Shown: positions 1 through 7,687 of the stretch, piece by piece | Position numbering within the stretch: position 1 is the first letter of the stretch | Layout of the letters: every line of letters begins with the position of its first letter | Assembly (NCBI GenBank): GCA_003345555.1 | Contig: PRDJ01000026.1 | Coordinates: 9,864-41,863, forward strand | Direction: 5' to 3' | DNA length: 32,000 nucleotides | Source of the DNA: Candidatus Thorarchaeota archaeon | GTDB taxonomy: Archaea; Asgardarchaeota; Thorarchaeia; Thorarchaeales; Thorarchaeaceae | Translations under genes and position numbers: made by a program | Notes under the pieces: generated by a model | The model's database searches: none | Told to the model about the DNA's origin: nothing | The model's input: only the letters and a program-made list of their open reading frames with translations

Positions 1-1
1 G

Positions 2-1813
2 GCGACCGACTACGATATCGAGGGCAGTCTAATTGGTTACTTGGTGCTAAAGTATGCCTGCGAGATCGATACTGCCAAGGCCCAAAGGATGGTGTTCTCG
101 TCGCTCACTAAATCAGATATTGTGGAGGCATATGAGAGTGCTAGACCTAACCTAGACTTCACGATGATAGAATCGGGTTGTGTGCGGCACAAAGTGGATT
201 GGCTCTATGGGATCAATCTCACTCGAGCTCTTACTTTATCAATCAGGAAGTCTGCTGGATGGTTCAAGATAGTATCTACGGGAAGAGTACAGGGGCCGAT
301 CTTGGAATTTGTCGCCCTGCGTGACAAGGAAATCAACCTGTTCGTGCCCACGCCATTCTGGAATATCGCTGTTCAAGGAATCTTCGAGAAACATGAATTG
401 TCATTGGAGTTCAGTAACGGCCGCATTGATAACAAGGAGATGGCCTATGCACTGGCTGATGAAATTCGAGGAAAGACTCCATATGTTGACGCCGTAAGAG
501 AAAAATCAGTTGTGCAGTCTGCGCCGCCGCCATTCAATCTCAGCGACTTGCAGACAGAAGCATACCGACTCTTCGGCTTCAGGCCCAGTAAGACTCTTTC
601 AGTAGCACAGAAGCTCTATCTTGATGCTCTGATTTCCTATCCGAGAACAAGTAGTCAGCGGCTTCCCCCTAGTCTTGATATCAACGCAATACTGAACGGG
701 CTTCAGAAGATTGCAAGATTGGGCCCTCTTGTCAGACGGCTGCTCAAGCAGGCACAGCTTACACCAACTCAGGGTGAGAAGGAGGATCCTGCACATCCAG
801 CGATACACCCTACTGGAACACAACCAACCGAAGAACTGAGGCCAAATGAAAGAAAGATCTTCGACCTTGTCGTGCACAGGTTTCTTGCATCGCTCGGAGA
901 AGCGGCTGTCAAGAAAATCGTGAAAGCGGACATTCTTTGTGGTGAGCGTCTCTTCTACGTGAGAGGAGTGAAAGTGCTGATCACAGGGTGGATGGATTTC
1001 TATGGCCCATTCGTACTAATGAAGGAGAAAGCATTGCCAGATCTTAGCAAAGGTGACGAAATCCAACTGACATCAGTGAAGGTGGATGAGAAGTACACGT
1101 CACCGCCATCTAGGTACAACCCGTCAAGCTTGTTGAGACTTCTTGAAAGAGAGAACCTTGGCACGAAAGCGACTAGGTCTGAAATCATTGATTCGCTCAA
1201 TTCACGCGGGTACACCGTAGGCGACAGATTCGAATTGTCAGCATTAGGCTACGCCATCTACGAGACCCTCAAGCAGTATGTTCCAACAGTGCTATCCGCC
1301 GACATGACTCGTCGATTGGAAGAGGAGATGGAAGAGATACAGCGGGGCGCGGGTAGCAGAGAGAGCGTACTCTCAGAAGCCAAGGCCAATCTCCTTACAC
1401 TACTTGGCAACTTCAGGTCTCAGGAAGATACGATTGGTCAAGCACTAGTGAAAGGTCTACAGAGATACTGGAGAGAGGAACAAGACATGGGGCCGTGCCC
1501 GAACTGCGAGGACGGAACCCTCACTCTGGTCTATTCGCCGAAGAGTGGTAAGAGATTCGTTGGATGCTCGAATTACCGAAATGGTACATGTAGTACGACA
1601 TTCCCGCTGCCCCAGAAGGGTAAAGTCTTGCCGCTGAAGAAACAGTGTCCATATTGCGGCTATAGAATGATAAGGGTACTATCGGGCAGAAAGGCTTGGG
1701 AAACATGTATCAACTGGGCAGAGTGCACGGGGCGACAAGACGAACTCAAGGCCCTTGAAGAGAAAAGGACAACCAAAGAAAGAACCAAACCAGTAGAGGA
1801 CGAAGACATATGA
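2..1813 (+). CDS. topA: DNA topoisomerase type IA (TopA/Topo III-like), 5'-truncated by the window edge
   Basis: The frame is open from base 2 (ATDYDIEGSLIGY, TOPRIM DxD). It contains GRVQ, the active-site LISYPRT, GLGTxATR-like NLGTKATR, and C-terminal Zn ribbons (CPNC..C, CPYC..C). Confidence 0.96.
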   Translation, partial: ATDYDIEGSLIGYLVLKYACEIDTAKAQRMVFSSLTKSDIVEAYESARPNLDFTMIESGCVRHKVDWLYGINLTRALTLSIRKSAGWFKIVSTGRVQGPILEFVALRDKEINLFVPTPFWNIAVQGIFEKHELSLEFSNGRIDNKEMAYALADEIRGKTPYVDAVREKSVVQSAPPPFNLSDLQTEAYRLFGFRPSKTLSVAQKLYLDALISYPRTSSQRLPPSLDINAILNGLQKIARLGPLVRRLLKQAQLTPTQGEKEDPAHPAIHPTGTQPTEELRPNERKIFDLVVHRFLASLGEAAVKKIVKADILCGERLFYVRGVKVLITGWMDFYGPFVLMKEKALPDLSKGDEIQLTSVKVDEKYTSPPSRYNPSSLLRLLERENLGTKATRSEIIDSLNSRGYTVGDRFELSALGYAIYETLKQYVPTVLSADMTRRLEEEMEEIQRGAGSRESVLSEAKANLLTLLGNFRSQEDTIGQALVKGLQRYWREEQDMGPCPNCEDGTLTLVYSPKSGKRFVGCSNYRNGTCSTTFPLPQKGKVLPLKKQCPYCGYRMIRVLSGRKAWETCINWAECTGRQDELKALEEKRTTKERTKPVEDEDI

Positions 1814-2043
1814 CGGAGTGTCCCATCTGCTTCCGCCAGTCCATGAACGGCACTGAACTCTGTGAATATCATGAGGAGGCACTCACTAGACTTCGTGCTG
1901 CATTCGCAGAATGGGAGAAAGCTCTGGGTGTTGGATGGATAGATTACCTATCATTAGTGTATCGAACTCAGGAGCTGGGATTGTGGGTCCGCGAGATAGT
2001 GGCTTATCTCACCTCAAGAAGTGCTGCTTCAATGCTTTCGTGA
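1810..2043 (+). CDS. Small putative Zn-binding protein (CxxC-x10-CxxH), coupled to topA
   Basis: ATGA overlap with the topA stop. Sequence is CPIC...CEYH followed by helical, Trp-rich segments (77 aa). Confidence 0.8.
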   Translation: MTECPICFRQSMNGTELCEYHEEALTRLRAAFAEWEKALGVGWIDYLSLVYRTQELGLWVREIVAYLTSRSAASMLS

Positions 2044-2353
2044 TATCGACCATAAGAGCCCGGGTCAGATCCTTCACGGCTATTATCATCATGCACATGC
2101 GGCCAGTGCTCTTGGCAACATTCTCTGCGAGAATGCGGACCTGCATGGCATCTTCTCCAAGCGAAAGAAACCCTGTTGATGTCGGTTCCCCGCGGCCCTG
2201 ACCTGCTGGAATTGCCACTGCTGATAGCCCTAATCGAAAACGCTCGGCGTCAGATATCAGCACTAGCAGTCCATTCTCAAGGTCCATTAATCTAACTCTC
2301 AGACGACCGTGCTCCGTTTCGTGTTCAAAATCACGGACATCATCAAGTGCCAT
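2009..2353 (-). CDS. Proteasome assembly chaperone 4 (PAC4/PSMG4)-like protein
   Basis: Probable start is MALDDVRDF at 2353. The pattern (beta-strands, LLVLIS, LGLSAVAIP, PTSTGFL, LAENVAKSTGRMCMM, C-terminal helix) matches the recalled PAC4 pattern LFLWVG..LAVAM..PVSTSLL..LAQRLARKTNKQVFVS. Confidence 0.7.
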   Translation of the reverse strand: MALDDVRDFEHETEHGRLRVRLMDLENGLLVLISDAERFRLGLSAVAIPAGQGRGEPTSTGFLSLGEDAMQVRILAENVAKSTGRMCMMIIAVKDLTRALMVDITKALKQHFLR

Positions 2354-2495
2354 TGTGCAAATCCCTGCTTGCACTAGGCGCAATTGACCATAAATCAGTA
2401 GCGAGCAGACCTGGAGACGCTATGTCTTGTCCAGTCAAAGGCTGCAAACAACATTGTTATGTGTCAGGAGAAACCTGTTCGTGTCGGAATCGGCA

Positions 2496-4424
2496 ATGAG
2501 TGGCAGGCGCTCTCACATGGACTACTTTCCTTACCCGGAGACTCGGAAAGGACAGGATGACATGATGCAGCTCATTGAGAGTTCAGTTAGAGAGGGAAGA
2601 GACGCATGCCTCGAGGCACCGAACGGTTTTGGGAAGACCTGTGTAGCGCTTTGTGGAGTCTTGCCTTGGGTGAAGGAGAACAACGGTAAGATTCTCTATT
2701 GTGCTAGGACACATAGACAGCTAGACCGCGTAATAGAGGAACTTGATGTTGTTTCCAAGCGCATTGATGTGACAGGCGTCGCCTTCAGAGGAAGGCAACA
2801 TATGTGTCTGAACGAGTTCATCGTGAAGAACGCGGATTTCGTGACCCCAATTAGCGAGATATGTGGCCAACTTAAGGCTGCACATAGTTGCTCGTACTTC
2901 GAGCATTTCAAGAACTTGGCCGCTTTAGACAATCCTTTCGAGGACATGCCGAAGAAAGCAATCAATGCTCTGGAGATTATTACGGTTGCAAAGGAATGGA
3001 GAGTGTGCCCATACGAACTGGCCAAAGCACTCGCGAGAGTCGCCGATGTTATCGCCCTTTCATATCTCTACGTGTTTGACCCATTCATACTCGAGTCCTT
3101 TGCACCAGAGATTGGAGCGCCCATGTCGATGGTTGTGCTTGTCCAAGACGAGGCACACAACGTTCCCTTCACAGCTCTCGATTCAGCCAGCGATTCACTA
3201 GCTCTTGGGACCATTAGGCAGGCAATGAGAGAAGCCGAGACGTACAACGATCATATATCGAGAAACTTCTGTCGGGAACTCGCGAAGAGCATACTGGAAG
3301 TATCCAATGGTATGGGGGAAAGCGAAGAGGAGAACATCAGTCCTAGAGATCTCTATGACTCCATCGTTGGAGCGTCCGGCATAGCTCCGGAAACACAACC
3401 ACTTCCCTATATGAGCAGCCTCGGTTCCAAGATTAGAATGGGTCTCCTGAGAGCTGGTAAGTTTCCCAAATCAGCAATCTACAGAGTGGCAGAGTTTCTT
3501 CTAAAATGGCTGCGATACAGTGAACGTGATGATTACGGTTTCTTGCTGACTTCGAGACATAAGAACGGGCAAAGTAGAGGGGTCTCCATTGACCTTGTAG
3601 CACTAGACCCGACGAATGTAACTGAACCGATATTAAAACAGGTTCATTCTTCCATAGCTATGTCGGGCACGATATCGCCACTTGATGCTTACGCGGAAAT
3701 GCTGGGACTAAGAAAGGACAGCATAAAGGCAGCCTTTCGTAGTCCTTTCGGGCCGCGCAACAGGCTTGGCATAATCGTGGAGGGCTTGGATACATCGTAT
3801 GAAGGCAGAAGCGCAACTCTATTCCAGCGAATGGTCGATCACTGTGTTGCTGTCGCTAATGCTACAAACGGCAATACGGGCATTTTTGCGGCCAGCTACT
3901 CGGTCGCAGAATCTTTGGTCAGAGCAGGACTGGAAAAGAGACTCAAGAGAAAGCTGTTCATTGAGAGGCAGGGAATGAAAACAATCGAAAACGACACCAT
4001 GATTGATGAGTTCAAGAGGAGGGGGGAAAGCGGCGGAGCTGTCCTCCTAGGCGTACAAGGAGGACGCAATTCCGAGGGTGGTGATTTTCCCGGTCCAGCT
4101 ATGGAGAGTGTAGTAGTCGTTGGTGTTCCGTATGCTAAGCCAACTCCCCGAATTGATGCACTAATACAGTATTTTGACAAGCGCTTCTCTGGTAAGGGCA
4201 GAGAATACGCTTACGTCCTGCCCTCGATGACAAAGGCGATTCAGGCGGCCGGTAGGCCTGTGCGTCGCCTATCCGATAGAGGGGCGATCGTGTTCTTGGA
4301 CCAGCGCTTTGCATCACCTTATCTTCGAAGATACTTGCCTTCTTGGCTTGATGAAGTGACAAGTACAATACCTGACGATCCCACCGCAGTTGCGGAAAGA
4401 ATACAGGCTTTCTTCTCAGACTAA
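2496..4424 (+). CDS. xpd: XPD/Rad3/DinG-family Fe-S 5'-3' DNA helicase
   Basis: Q-motif FPY..RKGQ, Walker A APNGFGKT, four Fe-S Cys (HMCL, EICG, HSCS, VCPY), DEAH, motif VI QAAGRPVRR. Start is uncertain (ATG 2496 or 2517). Confidence 0.93.
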   Translation: MSGRRSHMDYFPYPETRKGQDDMMQLIESSVREGRDACLEAPNGFGKTCVALCGVLPWVKENNGKILYCARTHRQLDRVIEELDVVSKRIDVTGVAFRGRQHMCLNEFIVKNADFVTPISEICGQLKAAHSCSYFEHFKNLAALDNPFEDMPKKAINALEIITVAKEWRVCPYELAKALARVADVIALSYLYVFDPFILESFAPEIGAPMSMVVLVQDEAHNVPFTALDSASDSLALGTIRQAMREAETYNDHISRNFCRELAKSILEVSNGMGESEEENISPRDLYDSIVGASGIAPETQPLPYMSSLGSKIRMGLLRAGKFPKSAIYRVAEFLLKWLRYSERDDYGFLLTSRHKNGQSRGVSIDLVALDPTNVTEPILKQVHSSIAMSGTISPLDAYAEMLGLRKDSIKAAFRSPFGPRNRLGIIVEGLDTSYEGRSATLFQRMVDHCVAVANATNGNTGIFAASYSVAESLVRAGLEKRLKRKLFIERQGMKTIENDTMIDEFKRRGESGGAVLLGVQGGRNSEGGDFPGPAMESVVVVGVPYAKPTPRIDALIQYFDKRFSGKGREYAYVLPSMTKAIQAAGRPVRRLSDRGAIVFLDQRFASPYLRRYLPSWLDEVTSTIPDDPTAVAERIQAFFSD

Positions 4425-5191
4425 TTCGAGTCGTCCAACAGCTTCTCTAGAGATGTACCGCCAGTCAGTACTGAGCGTGCCCGGCCAGTTGTCAGGGACC
4501 TTCTTCCGTCAGTCAGACGAGCAAACAGTTGCTTCAAAGACCGCACATACTCCTCTTTGGGTTCGATCAGAATATCCGAGCCACTAGGAACGCGTCCGTG
4601 TCGAGATGCGATTATTGTTGCAGAAGATTGGTCGGAGTCAGCGCCACCCCCCACTGTGGTATGATGTTCGTTCACGAGCTCTATTCGGGTCGCTGTAATC
4701 TTACCAAGAATACCCCGCAGATACAACACGGAGTACAAAGGAGAACCAGTTCCCACCCTTACTAGGGTCTCGCCCTCAGAATACTTCTTTGTGACGTGAT
4801 AGAGCCAATCCAGAGTGAGCTTTGCTGCCTCAACTGGTGATGAGACCGTCTTTGTGTGCACCGGACGACCATCCATGGTTATGGCCAGTCCGATACGCAT
4901 GCCTGGATCAACACCAATGGCAGTAATTGATGGACGCTTTATTCCAAGCAGTCTCATTTTGACTTCAATAGCTGTGAGGTCAGGGTCTGGGTCAGGCCCT
5001 ACTTTCACAATGCGGCTATCTATTGCAGACCACGCCTCATCCTCTGTCGTGATTACAACATTGGCAGTGTCACATTCTGAATCGCCGGGATTGCAGACAC
5101 TGAATCCAACTTCGAGACTCTCAAGAAGCTTGACTGTTTGGTAGAGCACCTTCGGGTTGCGGGTGGCAATTGTGACCTTAGTCTCACCCAT
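4421..5191 (-). CDS. Uncharacterised protein with a YqgF/RuvX-like RNase H-fold nuclease domain
   Basis: IGVDPGMRIGLAI (D95), VRVG, VNEHHTT (E175) and DQSSATIIA (D187) parallel the YqgF motifs. There are extra N- and C-terminal segments. It overlaps the xpd stop by 4 nt. Confidence 0.7.
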   Translation of the reverse strand: MGETKVTIATRNPKVLYQTVKLLESLEVGFSVCNPGDSECDTANVVITTEDEAWSAIDSRIVKVGPDPDPDLTAIEVKMRLLGIKRPSITAIGVDPGMRIGLAITMDGRPVHTKTVSSPVEAAKLTLDWLYHVTKKYSEGETLVRVGTGSPLYSVLYLRGILGKITATRIELVNEHHTTVGGGADSDQSSATIIASRHGRVPSGSDILIEPKEEYVRSLKQLFARLTDGRRSLTTGRARSVLTGGTSLEKLLDDSN

Positions 5192-5230
5192 TGTTCGAGC
5201 CCTTCTCGGTAGACTTATGACCCATCAGTC

Positions 5231-5980
5231 ATGATGGTGTTGGTGGTGGCTCCGGATTTGATTCTTCCGTCTGGCGTCTTGCCGTTGGATCATGTCTTGA
5301 ATGGCGGCCTACGCACAGGTTTAGTCACGCACGTCTATGGTGAGGCCGCATCAGGCAAGACCACCATGGGCCTGCAGTTTGTGAACGCGGCGTGCAAGCT
5401 GGGAGCGCGCTCGATGTACATCAACTCTGAAAGCACCTCAATAATCGAGAGACTGGAACAAGTCACAGGCAGAGAGTTCAATGAGATCGAGGATCTGGTC
5501 AGGATTCTCGCTCCAAAGGGTTTCGCTGAGCAAGGCATGCTTATTGATGAACTAGACCTCTACGCAAGAGAGGGCACAAAACTGGTTGTCGTCGATACTC
5601 TTACTCGGCTTTATAGAACTGTGCTCGAAAACAAAGATGCCACTTACGCAGCTCACCGAGAGTTGAATCGACAGACAGGCTTCCTGAAGGGGCTTGCAAG
5701 ACAAAGAGACATGGCTATTCTAATACTCAATCAGGTTAGGGGAGTGCCAGACAGTCATGATTTGCTCGAACCAGTCGCCAAGAACATTCTAGACTACTGG
5801 GCCGATTATGTCCTCTGGATGCGCTTGGGACAGACAAGAGGAGAGAGAAAGATAGACCTGATCAGACCCGGAGAAAAACATCGACGAGTCGTTCTATACA
5901 TCACTGGTTCCGGCATCGCTTCAGTACCCGACGAACAGGAAACAGTGAAATCGGGTGCAAAGAGACACAGAGAGGAGTAG
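5231..5980 (+). CDS. radB: DNA repair and recombination protein RadB (RecA-family paralog)
   Basis: Lacks the RadA N-terminal domain. LDHVLNGGL, Walker A GEAASGKT, Walker B LVVVD, ILNQV, and the RadB-type KHR basic motif (GEKHR). The exact start could be a later GTG/TTG. Confidence 0.88.
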   Translation: MMVLVVAPDLILPSGVLPLDHVLNGGLRTGLVTHVYGEAASGKTTMGLQFVNAACKLGARSMYINSESTSIIERLEQVTGREFNEIEDLVRILAPKGFAEQGMLIDELDLYAREGTKLVVVDTLTRLYRTVLENKDATYAAHRELNRQTGFLKGLARQRDMAILILNQVRGVPDSHDLLEPVAKNILDYWADYVLWMRLGQTRGERKIDLIRPGEKHRRVVLYITGSGIASVPDEQETVKSGAKRHREE

Positions 5981-5985
5981 TCCCA

Positions 5986-6546
5986 ATGTATGAGGCCATC
6001 GCAGTAATTGAATTGGCAGTCTGGCTTGGATTGCCGGCGTGGGTGGCGAACTTCACGCCAGTTATTTTCGGAGGGGGAATGCCCATAGATCGAGGAAGGG
6101 TTCTTCGTGATGGACATAGATTGTTTGGCGACGGGAAGACAGTCAGAGGATTCATAGCAGGAGTGATATGTGGTACAGTGGCAGGAGTAGCTCAAACCAT
6201 CGCGGGTCCGTTCTTGGAGCCGATACTGAGCTGGTATGTGGTCGTCACCCCTGACATGGAAACAGTGTTGCTGATGAACCTGCCTGCAGCGTTTCTGCTA
6301 TCCCTCGGTGCGCTTACCGGTGACCTTGCAGGATCCTTCATCAAGAGAAGAGCAAATATCAAGAGTGGAGGCCCATCACCGATGCTCGACCAGCTCGGCT
6401 TCGTAATCGTCGCTCTCATTGCGGCATCGTTTTTCTTGCGGCCTGCTCCAGAATATGTCCAGCTACTCATACTCATTACGCTCGGTGCGCACTGGTTGAG
6501 TAATGCATTAGGCTACTTGGTGGGTCTCAAGAAACACCCTTGGTGA
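5986..6546 (+). CDS. carS: CDP-archaeol synthase (CDP-2,3-bis-O-geranylgeranyl-sn-glycerol synthase)
   Basis: ANFTPVIFGGGMPID, GDGKTxRG, GDLAGSFIKRR, LDQL, several transmembrane segments, and a K-x-x-PW C-terminus. Confidence 0.93.
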   Translation: MYEAIAVIELAVWLGLPAWVANFTPVIFGGGMPIDRGRVLRDGHRLFGDGKTVRGFIAGVICGTVAGVAQTIAGPFLEPILSWYVVVTPDMETVLLMNLPAAFLLSLGALTGDLAGSFIKRRANIKSGGPSPMLDQLGFVIVALIAASFFLRPAPEYVQLLILITLGAHWLSNALGYLVGLKKHPW

Positions 6547-6750
6547 CGCCGAGAGTGAAACACCTGAGCTCTTGCGTCATTTCCCGAATTCATAAGTGCT
6601 TGTTGATGTCAATATGCAAATGGCCAAAGATAGACATAAAAGGTGTAGAACCCTCTCAGTGTTGCTCTGAGTAGAATACCGATTGGCTCAGTCTGTGAAG
6701 AGCTCAATCGGAATCTAATACTCTTCTACTACTCTTGGAGTTGTTATACA

Positions 6751-7626
6751 ATGAAGGTATCCGAATGCATGCGGTCAGATGTTCCATATTTGACAGTGCC
6801 AGGTACCCGAGAAGATCTCCTGCAATTGATGGCAGAAACACAAGCTAGCGGCTTTCCTATCTGCAAGAAGGGTACCAAGACAGTCGTGGGAGTGATCACA
6901 AGGAACGACCTTCTTCGAAAGCCAGATGAGAACCAATTGGGCATGTTAATGGTGAGAGACCCCGTTATAGTCAGTCCAGATGCAGACATCAAGAAAGCAG
7001 TGGACCTCATGCTCGAGAAGGGCTTTAGAAGAATCCCAGTGGTGAAGAGTGGCGAGTTGGTCGGCGTCATATCCATCCCAGATATCCTTGGGTGTATCCT
7101 AGAAGAAGAGGAGGAATATCAGACCGCAACCATAGCTGACTATGTCAATAGGACTGTTGTGTCTGTATGGGAGCAAACGCCACTAATCCTGTCTTACATG
7201 ATTATGGAAATGGCAGGCAAGAATGCGATCATAATCGTGGACGATACAGGCAGATTGGCAGGAATGATTTCAGTCAGTGATTATATTCGACTGTCGGAAG
7301 TGAGTGTTGAGGATAACGTGTCCAAGACCTACAGCGGCACCGAGCACTCGGTCGAATGGGGTTGGACTTCCAAAGACTACTTGATGGTTACCAAGAAGCT
7401 CCTGAGACTCCCGGATATTCCTGTTAGAGAAGCGATGACCAAGAACATAATCAGCGTTAGCGAAGTCTCAACGATTTCAGATTGCGTGAAAATCCTCAGG
7501 AAGAATGAAATCGATGAAGCACCTGTGGTTTCAGCCGCGGGTCTGCTTACGGGAATCATCGAGGACAGAGAGCTGCTGAAACTCGCAGCAAAGCGAATTG
7601 CTCCCGTGCAGAAAACGGAAAGATAG
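6751..7626 (+). CDS. Stand-alone protein with four CBS domains
   Basis: Repeated CBS signatures (VVGVITRNDLL, FRRIPVV..LVGVISIPD, LAGMISVSD, APVV..LTGIIEDREL); 291 aa. Confidence 0.9.
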   Translation: MKVSECMRSDVPYLTVPGTREDLLQLMAETQASGFPICKKGTKTVVGVITRNDLLRKPDENQLGMLMVRDPVIVSPDADIKKAVDLMLEKGFRRIPVVKSGELVGVISIPDILGCILEEEEEYQTATIADYVNRTVVSVWEQTPLILSYMIMEMAGKNAIIIVDDTGRLAGMISVSDYIRLSEVSVEDNVSKTYSGTEHSVEWGWTSKDYLMVTKKLLRLPDIPVREAMTKNIISVSEVSTISDCVKILRKNEIDEAPVVSAAGLLTGIIEDRELLKLAAKRIAPVQKTER

Positions 7627-7687
7627 CTGGGCAAAGGACCAACTGGATTGAGATGCACAAGTTCGCGCGGGAGAGGATAATCTGGAT

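Noticed and set aside
5217-5237. Overlapping short inverted repeats (ATGAC/GTCAT, CCATCA/TGATGG) at the radB start
   Set aside because: Arms of 5-6 bp are expected by chance and partly lie within coding sequence.
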